NCBI GenBank assembly: GCA_963717465.1
Contig: OY970340.1
Coordinates: 2,976,001-3,040,000, forward strand
Length of the DNA: 64,000 nucleotides
Origin: Candidatus Bathyarchaeota archaeon
GTDB taxonomy: Archaea > Thermoproteota > Bathyarchaeia > Bathyarchaeales > Bathycorpusculaceae
Direction of reading: 5' to 3'
Below, one piece after another: positions 55,318 to 64,000 of the stretch; positions within the stretch are counted from its first letter, which is position 1; every line of letters starts with the position of its first letter. The notes under the pieces are model-generated. The model searched no databases. It saw only the letters and a program-made list of their open reading frames with translations, and was not told the origin of the DNA. A program made the translations under genes and the position numbers.

Positions 55318-57156
55318 CTATTTTGAAGTGAAGGTTATGGTGAATTCTGTACCTTTGCCAACTTGGCTTTCAAAAGTAACTGTTCCCCCAAGTGCTTCTG
55401 TCATGCGTTTAATAACGGCTAAGCCAAATCCCTGCCCTTTAGATCGCGTCGTGAACAAGGGCGTGAACAGTTTAGGTTTAATCTCGTCAGGGATACCTGC
55501 GCCATTATCCTGCACAGATATGGCCAAAGCTGATCCTTCGCGATATGCATTCATAGAAAGTTTTCCGCCTTCTGGCATCGCTTGAACAGCATTATTCACC
55601 AGATTAATTAGTATGCGTTTAAGCATGTCAGGATCAGTAAATAGCTTGTTTGCCCCTGCCTCAACTTTTCGAGACACCTCAATGTTTTCTGGAATGACAT
55701 TTTTAGATAGTATATCGTCAAATATTGATTCGATGTCAGTTTCCGTTATAGTTGGCTCAAACACTCTAGCGTAATCCTGCAGGTCAGCAACAATCTTATC
55801 TACATAATCTAAATTCTTTTGAATACTATTCAAACTCTCTTTTATGCTCACTTTTGCATTACATTCAGGTATCAATTCTAAATCAGAGTTTGCCAAGTAA
55901 ACATCGCCAGTCATTGCTTGCAGAGGATTGCGAATATCATGACCAACCATACCTGCAGTCTGACCTATTGTTGATAAGCGCTTATCGTTTTCTTGCTCAG
56001 TTTTATCCTCAATAATGTAAATTATTCCTCTTGGAGAAGGATAAGCAGAAATTTCAAAAATCACCTGTTTACCATTTTCCCTACTAATAGTATTTAACAT
56101 AAAATGAATAGCCTCCCCTTTCTGCAAAACCTCAAAGTAAGGCTTAATATCCACCGCCAGCGTTTCGAGTAAAACATCGTTAACACTTTTGCCTAAAGCA
56201 TCTTGCGCCTTCATTTTTGTTAGTTTTTCTGCGACTTTATTCCAATGAATAACGTTAAGCTCCCAATCAGTAGCAATGAAAGCTCCACCAAAACTCTCGT
56301 AAAGATCTCGATAACTTTGTTCGCTCTCAACGATTTTCTTGTTGCGATCTTCAAGTGCCTCTTCAGCTTTCTTGCGTTCTGTTATGTCTCTAAATAAAAT
56401 GCCGACTTGGCCTTTCGCAAAAGGAAAAATATGAGCATCATACCACCTGCCCGTATGCTGGCTAAAACTCTCATAACGTACCATCTCACCTATCTTAACG
56501 ACCTTACCAATTAGCGATTTCCATTCTGTCTCAAAAATCCCTGCAATTTCTTTTGCCATTTTACCCTCAACAATGGCAGCGCTTGTACCAGTTTGGCGCT
56601 CATACGCAGGATTAACCTTCAAAAACCTAAAATCACACACTCCGCCACTTTGGTCGTAAATTGGCTCAAGCAGAATAAAACCATCAATACTGTTATTAAA
56701 CAACGCTTTGTACAGCTGTTCACTTTCTTTAATCGCGTTCTCAGCCTTCTTGAGTTCAGTTATATTTTGGGCAAAAACTAAAAGAGAATCAGGTTTGTTG
56801 TTCTTAAAAATCACTCCGGCATTAAATAGTCCCCAAGAGACTTGGCCATTCTTTGTTTCTACTTTTAGCTCAGCTTTAAGATTCCTTTTCCCAGGTAACG
56901 CTTCCTTGAAACCTTCTTGAAAGTTGTTTTTACTTTCACCAACTAATATTTCATCTAAAAGATTCATTTTGAGAAGTTCTTCTTTTGAATAACCCAAAAA
57001 TTTACTTACCATTGAATTTGCATTTCTAAGCTTTGAGCCGTCAAGACTAACTTCGAAGATTGCAATAGGTGTATCTTTTATAATTTGCCAAAATGTTTCT
57101 TCACTTTCCATTTGGAGATTCTCTTGCTCCTTCGCCTGTTTTCGTGTGAACCTCAA
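55318..57156 (-). CDS. Cytoplasmic multi-PAS sensor histidine kinase
   Basis: Three PAS-like domains, GHDIRNPLQ, NLVNNA, DNGAGI and FTTRSKGQGFGL. Confidence 0.94.
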   Translation of the reverse strand: MRFTRKQAKEQENLQMESEETFWQIIKDTPIAIFEVSLDGSKLRNANSMVSKFLGYSKEELLKMNLLDEILVGESKNNFQEGFKEALPGKRNLKAELKVETKNGQVSWGLFNAGVIFKNNKPDSLLVFAQNITELKKAENAIKESEQLYKALFNNSIDGFILLEPIYDQSGGVCDFRFLKVNPAYERQTGTSAAIVEGKMAKEIAGIFETEWKSLIGKVVKIGEMVRYESFSQHTGRWYDAHIFPFAKGQVGILFRDITERKKAEEALEDRNKKIVESEQSYRDLYESFGGAFIATDWELNVIHWNKVAEKLTKMKAQDALGKSVNDVLLETLAVDIKPYFEVLQKGEAIHFMLNTISRENGKQVIFEISAYPSPRGIIYIIEDKTEQENDKRLSTIGQTAGMVGHDIRNPLQAMTGDVYLANSDLELIPECNAKVSIKESLNSIQKNLDYVDKIVADLQDYARVFEPTITETDIESIFDDILSKNVIPENIEVSRKVEAGANKLFTDPDMLKRILINLVNNAVQAMPEGGKLSMNAYREGSALAISVQDNGAGIPDEIKPKLFTPLFTTRSKGQGFGLAVIKRMTEALGGTVTFESQVGKGTEFTITFTSK

Positions 57157-57207
57157 AAAAAATAGTTATTCCTTAACGCGCGTGACGACAAGATTGGTGG
57201 ATCCCGC

Positions 57208-57320
57208 TTTGGGTTAGCTGCAGTTAAATGATTCACGGAGGCGAGGGCTGATCCATCTCGCTTGAGAGTGAAGCTGGGAAAGGAACTAAATTCATAGTCG
57301 AATTACCATCTAAAAATTAA
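57208..57320 (+). pseudogene. Relic of a histidine kinase HATPase C-terminus
   Basis: Manual reading FGLAAVK*FTEA... then SISLESEAGKGTKFIVELPSKN*, similar to the C-termini of the two kinases in this window. Confidence 0.7.
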
Positions 57321-57376
57321 GTTGAAGGCCAACAAGCCAGTTATTACCTCTAAGTCGCGGATCCAACCCGGCTGTT

Positions 57377-58186
57377 TTAATCCGTTCGCGTAAACTCTTC
57401 TTCATTGAATAACTTGTCTAAGTCTTCTGAGGACTTTCTCAAACTTTCTTTGATGTCGGCGATTCGTGCTTCAAAAGCCGCCTTCCTTTCACCCGTAGCC
57501 TTTGACGCTTTCTTTTCTAAAGCCTCCACTTTAGCGTTGGCTTCTTTCTTCTGCTGCTCTGACCTCTGCTTTGCCTGCTCTAACTTAGCATGCCGCTTCT
57601 CCTGCAAGTTATGAATCTTAGTCTGAAGCTTGGCTTTTTGGTCTGCTCGTGACTTAGCTTCCTCTGCCTTCAATTGTGCAATATCCGCTTTTAAATCTGC
57701 CACATCCTTAGCGTATTGTTCATGTTCAACGTGCCTTCGTGTAGTGCGAAATACAGTGCCGCCCAGCACTTCCATTCGGGTATCGACTGGAGTAACCCAA
57801 TCCTCACTGATTTCTGAAACTATCGCCCACTTGCCAGGCGTAAGTTTAGCAGATACGTCATTAAGGAAATCTGCATTGACTTCTGCCCGGTCTATCTCCC
57901 AGGTACCTCCAACGAAAGTTCCAGCTACAGCGCCAACGGCCACACCGATTGGTCCCCCTAGAAGTCCGATCAAAGCGCCAATTGTCGTTCCACCAAATGT
58001 ACGAATCGGAAAATCGTCTTCTTTCTGCTTTACAGTAACCGTGCCATCATCATTTTTCTTTATTACAGCTTCAGCGTGAACAGAAATGCTCCCTTCAGAA
58101 TCAAGTGCCTTTAGCGCTCTAGATCCATCATATGCTTTCAACTCGTTTTCAAAAACTACAACCAACATTCTTTCCGTAAAATTCAC
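57377..58186 (-). CDS. DUF1269-like protein with glycine zipper and C-terminal coiled coil
   Basis: MLVVVFENE..AY, GALIGLLGGPIGVAVGA, LTPGKWAIV...PVDTRM..LGGTVFR and a K/E/A-rich tail. Confidence 0.82.
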   Translation of the reverse strand: MNFTERMLVVVFENELKAYDGSRALKALDSEGSISVHAEAVIKKNDDGTVTVKQKEDDFPIRTFGGTTIGALIGLLGGPIGVAVGAVAGTFVGGTWEIDRAEVNADFLNDVSAKLTPGKWAIVSEISEDWVTPVDTRMEVLGGTVFRTTRRHVEHEQYAKDVADLKADIAQLKAEEAKSRADQKAKLQTKIHNLQEKRHAKLEQAKQRSEQQKKEANAKVEALEKKASKATGERKAAFEARIADIKESLRKSSEDLDKLFNEEEFTRTD

Positions 58187-58241
58187 CTTTAAAAATTAAG
58201 TTTCACCTTTAAATTAAGTGAACACTTTAAATTAAGGTGAA
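58182..58241. repeat. Triple tandem, partly palindromic repeat upstream of the DUF1269 gene
   Basis: TTCACCTTTAAAAATTAAG / TTCACCTTTAAATTAAGTGAA / CACTTTAAATTAAGGTGAA. Confidence 0.75.
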
Positions 58242-58324
58242 GAAAAAGATATACGTTTCTCTTTCTACAGCGCGCGAAAACACATGTACGCTACAAAATG
58301 GAGCGAGTTTAATCGCCACAAGTC

Positions 58325-58849
58325 TCACCTTTTGTGTTCGAGATTGTATTTGGCCATTAACTTTTTGTTTCGTGCTTCTATTTCGGCTTTTCTCTTTTCT
58401 AACTCTTGTTTAATCTTATCTTCGTCTAAGAACTCTTCTAAGAACTCCTTCAAGTTTTCATGCATTTTTTTGGCTGGCACTCTTAAATGCTCTGTTGTCT
58501 GCGTGCTAGGTTGAAGGTAACCGTGTTCTGTCAGGTAAAAGATAACGCTTGAAATGTCCTCCGCTACCGCGCAATTAATGGAATCCTTGCCTAACTCTTT
58601 ATAGGCATAATATCTATGATGGCCATCTAAAACGGCATATGCGTCTTGCCGTGGATGTTTCACAACAACTATGGGATCTATCGCTTCGTTCGCCTCAATT
58701 TTTTTCTTGTAAAATTCAACACCTTGTCTGAAAACTTTTGTATCAGCAATTATCTTATCAATGGCAATGGTTCTCGCGTATCTGTGCGGATTGATCAAAA
58801 CATCTGGGTTAAACTGTTCTCGCTCACCTTTCTTTCTTCTATCCATCAA
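58325..58849 (-). CDS. ParB/Sulfiredoxin N-terminal domain protein
   Basis: IDPIVV...YAVLDGHHRYYA motif. Confidence 0.85.
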   Translation of the reverse strand: MMDRRKKGEREQFNPDVLINPHRYARTIAIDKIIADTKVFRQGVEFYKKKIEANEAIDPIVVVKHPRQDAYAVLDGHHRYYAYKELGKDSINCAVAEDISSVIFYLTEHGYLQPSTQTTEHLRVPAKKMHENLKEFLEEFLDEDKIKQELEKRKAEIEARNKKLMAKYNLEHKR

Positions 58850-59173
58850 GGTCAGCGCATCTTTCCTAACAATATCAATAAAATCCGTTGTGATATCAAG
58901 AGCACCTCAAGGATATTTTGCCTATCAGTAATATCTAGTTTTCTTTGCTTGGACAGTAAAATAGAAGGCGTGCGCTCTGTGTTCAAACCATTTCCGAGGT
59001 ATCAAGCGATCTCACTTTTTATTTAAAGAAAAAAACACCATAAGATAAAGACTCATCAATTTGGACTCACGCGTCATGACGCGATCAGGAAAAAACTTCC
59101 TCGAACATTTGAATCAAAAATTTATTATTTTTCAATAAGCTAAACTACTATCTTGACAAGAGAGTGAATACTT

Positions 59174-59860
59174 GTGAGCAACGAAACAAACTATTTTCAC
59201 CATGGCTTTTGGTACTATTTACTTTTCGGATTATTGATTTTCGTTGTTTTTATGTTAATATTTACAGGCATAATAAGCATAGTTGCATTTACACCATTTG
59301 CCATCCTGATCATATTGGTTGCCTGCCTAATTGGAAGCTTCATTAACATTCCATTGTTTAGGATCAGATCCAAAACACCCATGGTGAGAGAAGAATACGT
59401 AAGGTGGTTTGGCATCCCTTACCGAGTTCCAAGAGTTTCGTATGAAGAAACATCCACTAAAGTGGCCATTAATGTTGGAGGCGCACTAATACCAATATCT
59501 ATGAGCATCTATCTTCTCAGCATCTCCTCAGCATCCACCATCCTGTTAAGTTTTGCAGGCGTATTAATAGTAACAGTGGTAACATATTTAGTAGCTCGAC
59601 CGGTCAAAGGAGTGGGAATAGTCACACCTGGACTCGTTTCTGCTATCGCTGCAGCATTTACGGCTGTGGTGCTTTCTCCTGCTCAACCAGAAATCATTGC
59701 TTACGTTGGAGGCACGCTTGGAACGCTCATAGGCGCTGACCTGTTGAATTTAGGAAAAATCCCTGAGCTTGGGGCTCCAGTTGCAAGCATTGGCGGGGCA
59801 GGCACTTTTGATGGTGTGTTTTTAACAGGAATAATCGCCGTGATTATAGCAACATTGTAG
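59174..59860 (+). CDS. DUF1614 membrane protein
   Basis: GSFINIP, AINVGGALIP, GTLIGADLLNL and SIGGAGTFDGVF motifs. Confidence 0.92.
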   Translation: MSNETNYFHHGFWYYLLFGLLIFVVFMLIFTGIISIVAFTPFAILIILVACLIGSFINIPLFRIRSKTPMVREEYVRWFGIPYRVPRVSYEETSTKVAINVGGALIPISMSIYLLSISSASTILLSFAGVLIVTVVTYLVARPVKGVGIVTPGLVSAIAAAFTAVVLSPAQPEIIAYVGGTLGTLIGADLLNLGKIPELGAPVASIGGAGTFDGVFLTGIIAVIIATL

Positions 59861-59968
59861 AATAACATAGCTTGCCACTGAGAATCGAAACTAAAAACGC
59901 ACGCTTTAAATGCTTAAAACTATATTGCGCTTGCGACAAACTGTACCTTCAACTTTGGGGCTAGAACT

Positions 59969-60592
59969 ATGGCTGAAGAAAAAGAGTGGTCAACGCCGAA
60001 ATCCCGCATCGAATCGCTTTCCGACTTGATTTTCGGGTTAGCTCTATCTATAGGCGCCCTCGCTCTTATCGGTAGCGCGCCAAATAGCTTTGAGAATTTG
60101 CTTAAATCCATTGTTTACTTTGCATTTAGCTTTCTCATACTCATCAGTGTCTGGTACGCCTACACTCGAACCATGTCAAACGTACGTATAGAAACACGCA
60201 GTGATGTTGAACTCAACATTGTTCTGCTTTTCCTGGTGTCGATCGAACCTTTTCTTTTCAACGAACTAGTCGTTCCGAATCTTCCTGCAGAATACGTTTC
60301 CATACTTTACGCTTTAGATCTCGGCGGATTATTTGTGATCCAAGCGCTCTTCGCTAACTCGATTTTAGCAGACAAGAACAGACCGGAAAAACTGCTCCGA
60401 GAATACGCGGCACGAAGAAATGCTGCGATAACAGGTGGAGTAATCTTCTTCATTTCAACGTTGCCGATCTTTTGGAGTTGGTCGATACCGATAAACAGCC
60501 AAACGCACATCCCCTTGCGGTTTATAATGTGGATAGCGCCGCTTTTCGCACACAACATCCGACGTTTATGGGAGCCACGCACATTAGATTGA
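59969..60592 (+). CDS. TMEM175 (DUF1211) family potassium channel-like protein
   Basis: N-terminal RIESLSDLIFGLALSI signature; about 6 TM. Confidence 0.82.
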   Translation: MAEEKEWSTPKSRIESLSDLIFGLALSIGALALIGSAPNSFENLLKSIVYFAFSFLILISVWYAYTRTMSNVRIETRSDVELNIVLLFLVSIEPFLFNELVVPNLPAEYVSILYALDLGGLFVIQALFANSILADKNRPEKLLREYAARRNAAITGGVIFFISTLPIFWSWSIPINSQTHIPLRFIMWIAPLFAHNIRRLWEPRTLD

Positions 60593-60805
60593 TGACCTAG
60601 TGCGCTTAGATTAAAATTTAATCCCCAAACCAACCTATCGAGCAAAAAATTCACAAGCGCTAACTTAATAGTATTTCGTTGCGCGTGGTAAACCCAATTA
60701 CTTTATGCGTTTTAGTTAATAAGCATCAAAGTAACTGAATTATCCTTACCCAAACTGGCGCAGTTATTCATTTAAACCGCATTTTTTCGTCTTCCCGTAG
60801 CGAGC

Positions 60806-60960
60806 AAACTCTGGAGGGAAAAAATTATTTGTTTCCTCTCTTTGTAGCAATTGATACACATTGTGCGTGTGAATGTTGTATGTTGTGTGTTTGAGTTAAT
60901 TTGCGGTTGTAGTTGTTAGTAAGTTGTTAGTTTTTGGTTGGTTGGATTGAATTTTAATCC
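60806..60960 (+). repeat. ~155-bp G/T-rich non-coding direct repeat, copy 2
   Basis: Closely matches 52260-52415; ends in GGATTGAATTTTAATCC. Confidence 0.92.
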
Positions 60961-61034
60961 CTAAACCTATCTCTTAATTGTTCAACTATCTAAAATCAAA
61001 TTTAAATATACAGGCTTTTGTAATATTGGAATCT

Positions 61035-62171
61035 ATGGCTGACCCGACTGAGTTCATACTACAATTATCCATATTATTAGTGGCTGCTATCACCGGTGGG
61101 TTACTGATGAAAAGAGTCGGTTACCCAGCTGCTTTAGGGGAACTCTTAGTTGGAATTATATTGGGACCTTCAGTTTTTAATGTGATTACAGATCAAGCAA
61201 CCGTAAGTGTATTTGCTGAGTTAGGAGCCATAATTCTGATGTTTTATATTGGTCTTGAAACAGAGATTGGAGACCTGAAAAAACAGCTTTTGCCTTCACT
61301 CACAGTAGGTGTGCTCGGTGCAATAGTGCCTTTGATACTTTGCTATTTTACTGCGCTGACCTTTGGGATTTCAAGTAATGAAGCACTTTTCTTAGGTGTA
61401 GTGTTTACAGCAACCAGCATTGGAATAACTGTCCGACTATTGAAGGATATGGGGAAGCTATACAATCCAATCGGGTTAACGGTTTTAGGAGCAAGTGTTG
61501 TGGATGATGTGGTTGCAGTTGTTCTTCTTTCTGTTGTTTTAAGTATGCTTTCTGGCGCTGTTAGCGTAATTGACATATTTTTTATTGTTCTAAAAGCTAT
61601 CGCGTTTTGGGCTATAATTGTTCTGATTGGCTCAAAACTGGTGGCAAGATTTATTGATAGGCTGAAATTTGATAATGAATATATTATTCTCTTCTTGCTT
61701 GCATATGGATTCTTATCTGCTTACATCTCTGCAATAATCGGGCTATCCGCTATAGTTGGAGCGTTTGCAGCAGGCTTACCATTAACAAAAAAACAAGTCA
61801 AAGTCAAGATGGCTCTTGAACAAACTAAGAGTCTGTACATGTTCTTCGTGCCAATTTTCTTTATATCGATTGGTACTCTAATCAACTTGAACGTTTTCGG
61901 AGAAGCTGCATTTCTTGGACTTATAATAACAGCTATGGCATTCTTAGGAAAGATATTAGGCAGTGCCTTTGCTGCTCGAGCTAACAAGTTCTCGGTTAAA
62001 GATTCCTTTAAGATTGGTGTTAGTATGACTCCAAGAGGAGAGGTGGGACTTATTATTGCAAGTCTTGGTTTAACAAGTGGATTAATTTCTTCTCAAATAT
62101 ACACTATTGCAGTTTTTGCTGTTATTCTAACAACTTTCATAGCTATACCGATTCTTAAGCAGATACTATAA
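61035..62171 (+). CDS. Cation:proton antiporter (CPA2, NapA/KefB-like)
   Basis: GELLVGIILGP, LMFYIGLE, ATSIGI, SVVDD, PIFFISIG and MTPRGEV motifs; start MADPT at 61035. Confidence 0.93.
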   Translation: MADPTEFILQLSILLVAAITGGLLMKRVGYPAALGELLVGIILGPSVFNVITDQATVSVFAELGAIILMFYIGLETEIGDLKKQLLPSLTVGVLGAIVPLILCYFTALTFGISSNEALFLGVVFTATSIGITVRLLKDMGKLYNPIGLTVLGASVVDDVVAVVLLSVVLSMLSGAVSVIDIFFIVLKAIAFWAIIVLIGSKLVARFIDRLKFDNEYIILFLLAYGFLSAYISAIIGLSAIVGAFAAGLPLTKKQVKVKMALEQTKSLYMFFVPIFFISIGTLINLNVFGEAAFLGLIITAMAFLGKILGSAFAARANKFSVKDSFKIGVSMTPRGEVGLIIASLGLTSGLISSQIYTIAVFAVILTTFIAIPILKQIL

Positions 62172-62273
62172 TGCGCGCTTTTTGGTTCCATTATCTTTGT
62201 TATTAAAACTGTGGAAAACCTGCAAAGACGATATTAAACTTTATATTTCATTGTTGCCCTTTGACGATTTTTA

Positions 62274-63947
62274 ATGAGTAAACTGAGCAGGCCACAATTT
62301 TACTTGCTAGTTGGCTGTGTAGGGATATTAGCTGCTTCCATATCTATTTGCTTTTATCGTTTATACGAAATGATTTGGAATTTAACGCTAAATGCATTAA
62401 CCTACTCAATACTCATAATCATTCCAATATCCATTCTTGCAATCGGCGTCCCATACATACTGGTAAAACGTTTCGCCAAGACTAAAACTACAGGATCAGG
62501 TACCCACGCAGTACTTGAAGCCTATCACCTTACAAACGGCGAAATCAGCATAGAAGACACAATAGTTAAGCCAACCGCTGCCATGTTGACTATAGGCTTA
62601 GGTGGAAGCGCAGGACCTGAAGGCCCAAGCCTGCTAGTAGGAGGAGGTATAGCCTCCGCTATATCAAGGCGCTTCAAAATTCAAGCAGACCTGCGAAGAA
62701 GATTATTCATTGCAGGAGCCGCAGCAGGCTTAGCCGCCACCTTCAGAACACCATTAACAGCCATTCTCTTTGCTTTGGAAATTCCATACAGGAACGATTT
62801 AGACAGAGAAACATTCATCGAAGCAATTATTGCTTCTGTACCCGCCTACTTGCTAGCCATCACTATACTAGGCAGCCAACCGATCTTTGGCACAGTACCG
62901 AGCGTTCCCATCAATTTACCCGTCATACTTCTATCACTATACCTCGGCTTAATATGCGGACTGTACTCGATATTTTTTGTTAAAACTTTTTCGTGGATAG
63001 AAACCCTCAGCTTACTAATAAGAAAAAAAATTGGCAGCATCGGATTAATTTTAATCGGAGCTGGCACACTTAGCGCGTGTTGTTTCGTGTCAATTTACAC
63101 GATTGGAGTCGGCTTTAATTTTACCACTGCAATTATTGCAGGCACAAGCTTCAGCATTTTTGCGCTAATCACAATCGTTCTATTAAAAACAATTCTCACT
63201 TCGGTCACGCTGCGCTTTGGTGGAAGCGGCGGATTATTCTTTCCGACAATAGTAATCGGTGGAGGAATAGGGTACATTTTTGCACATTTCTTTGACCCCC
63301 AGTATTATGTTTTTTTTATAGCGGTAGGCATGGCAGCGCTTCTAGGTGGAACCCACAAAGTTTTGCTTACACCAGTAGCCTTTGTAATTGAAACCTTAGG
63401 TGGAATCTTCGCTATACCAGCATTGCTGGCAAATGCCGTTAGCTACATAGTATCAGAAAAATACTCGTTTTACCCACTTCAACCCAAAACTAGACTTAAA
63501 AAAGAAGAGCTGGCACTTGAAAGATTCTACCTTAAAGCAAGAAAGCAGGTGCCAGAAAAACTGCAGAAAACTTTTGTTAGTGAAGTCATGACTAAAAAAC
63601 CAATAGTTCTTCATCAAGGACAATCAGTTAAGGAAGCGTTAGAGGTATTTGAAGGCACCAAACTTAGGGTTCTACCTGTAATCGATAATTTTGATCATGT
63701 TGTCGGAGTTGTCAATTTAGAGGACATTGGATACATCGACGTTCACAGACAATCAATGAGCCTCGCCGAAACCATAATGCATAACCCAATATTAATCGAA
63801 GAGCAAACAAGCATCGAAACAGCAGCACAACTAATGATGGATAAAGAGCAAGATCACGTTTTCGTCATTGACAAAGAAGGAAAACTGATTGGTGTAGTAT
63901 CTGGAATAGATATCGTTAAAAAATTAATCGACCTGTCAGCTCAATAG
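62274..63947 (+). CDS. CLC family chloride channel/antiporter with CBS pair
   Basis: GSGT, GPEGP, FALE and GGLFFP motifs; C-terminal CBS domains. Confidence 0.94.
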   Translation: MSKLSRPQFYLLVGCVGILAASISICFYRLYEMIWNLTLNALTYSILIIIPISILAIGVPYILVKRFAKTKTTGSGTHAVLEAYHLTNGEISIEDTIVKPTAAMLTIGLGGSAGPEGPSLLVGGGIASAISRRFKIQADLRRRLFIAGAAAGLAATFRTPLTAILFALEIPYRNDLDRETFIEAIIASVPAYLLAITILGSQPIFGTVPSVPINLPVILLSLYLGLICGLYSIFFVKTFSWIETLSLLIRKKIGSIGLILIGAGTLSACCFVSIYTIGVGFNFTTAIIAGTSFSIFALITIVLLKTILTSVTLRFGGSGGLFFPTIVIGGGIGYIFAHFFDPQYYVFFIAVGMAALLGGTHKVLLTPVAFVIETLGGIFAIPALLANAVSYIVSEKYSFYPLQPKTRLKKEELALERFYLKARKQVPEKLQKTFVSEVMTKKPIVLHQGQSVKEALEVFEGTKLRVLPVIDNFDHVVGVVNLEDIGYIDVHRQSMSLAETIMHNPILIEEQTSIETAAQLMMDKEQDHVFVIDKEGKLIGVVSGIDIVKKLIDLSAQ

Positions 63948-64000
63948 TAACAACTAACTTTGATTGTTTCTTCTCATCTTTAGGAGTTTGCTAAAGCCAG

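Noticed and set aside
54378..57380. attC-like hairpins (CACTAAC...GTTA near 54380-54430; GGCCAAC...GTTT near 57327-57378) suggesting an integron cassette array
   Set aside because: R' boxes do not fit GTTRRRY well, gene orientation is inconsistent and no IntI is present; an attC covariance-model scan would settle it
58325..58849. ParB-like gene as evidence of a plasmid partition system
   Set aside because: No ParA, no HTH domain and no replication gene nearby; stand-alone ParB/Srx domains are common

Overview
Archaeal chromosomal window, most consistent with Bathyarchaeia (TACK). This is an inference from the archaeal-type 23S rRNA, Trm11, Dph6, LysW, archaeal AsnRS/GlyA, an AbrB-PhoU regulator and GGAGGTGA ribosome-binding sites. 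Positions 1-48 kb hold housekeeping and accessory genes: prs, lipoate ligase, cysS, DEAD helicase, ABC exporter, radical SAM/GT2 pair, PiT-DUF47, MFS-TetR, nitroreductases, rubrerythrin, lysW, pyrG, asnS, dph6 with a GATase, serA, glyA, polX, a receiver/histidine-kinase cluster and a full phoU-phoU-pstBACS locus. A stand-alone 23S rRNA gene (minus strand, no adjacent 16S or 5S) follows, enclosed by long processing stems, then tRNA-Thr(UGU). Downstream of the tRNA is an island-like region with phased short repeats, two ~155-bp G/T-rich direct repeats about 8.5 kb apart that end in a GGATTAAAATTTAATCC-type palindrome, gene relics and an ion-transport cluster (TMEM175, CPA2, CLC). Four genes carry five single-base +1 frameshifts in total, which look like assembly errors, whereas the aquaporin and one DUF1269 copy are genuinely decayed. 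Three small ORFs missing from the ORF track were read by hand (C2H2 finger, YHS, Cys-rich). No CRISPR array, integrase or transposase was seen.
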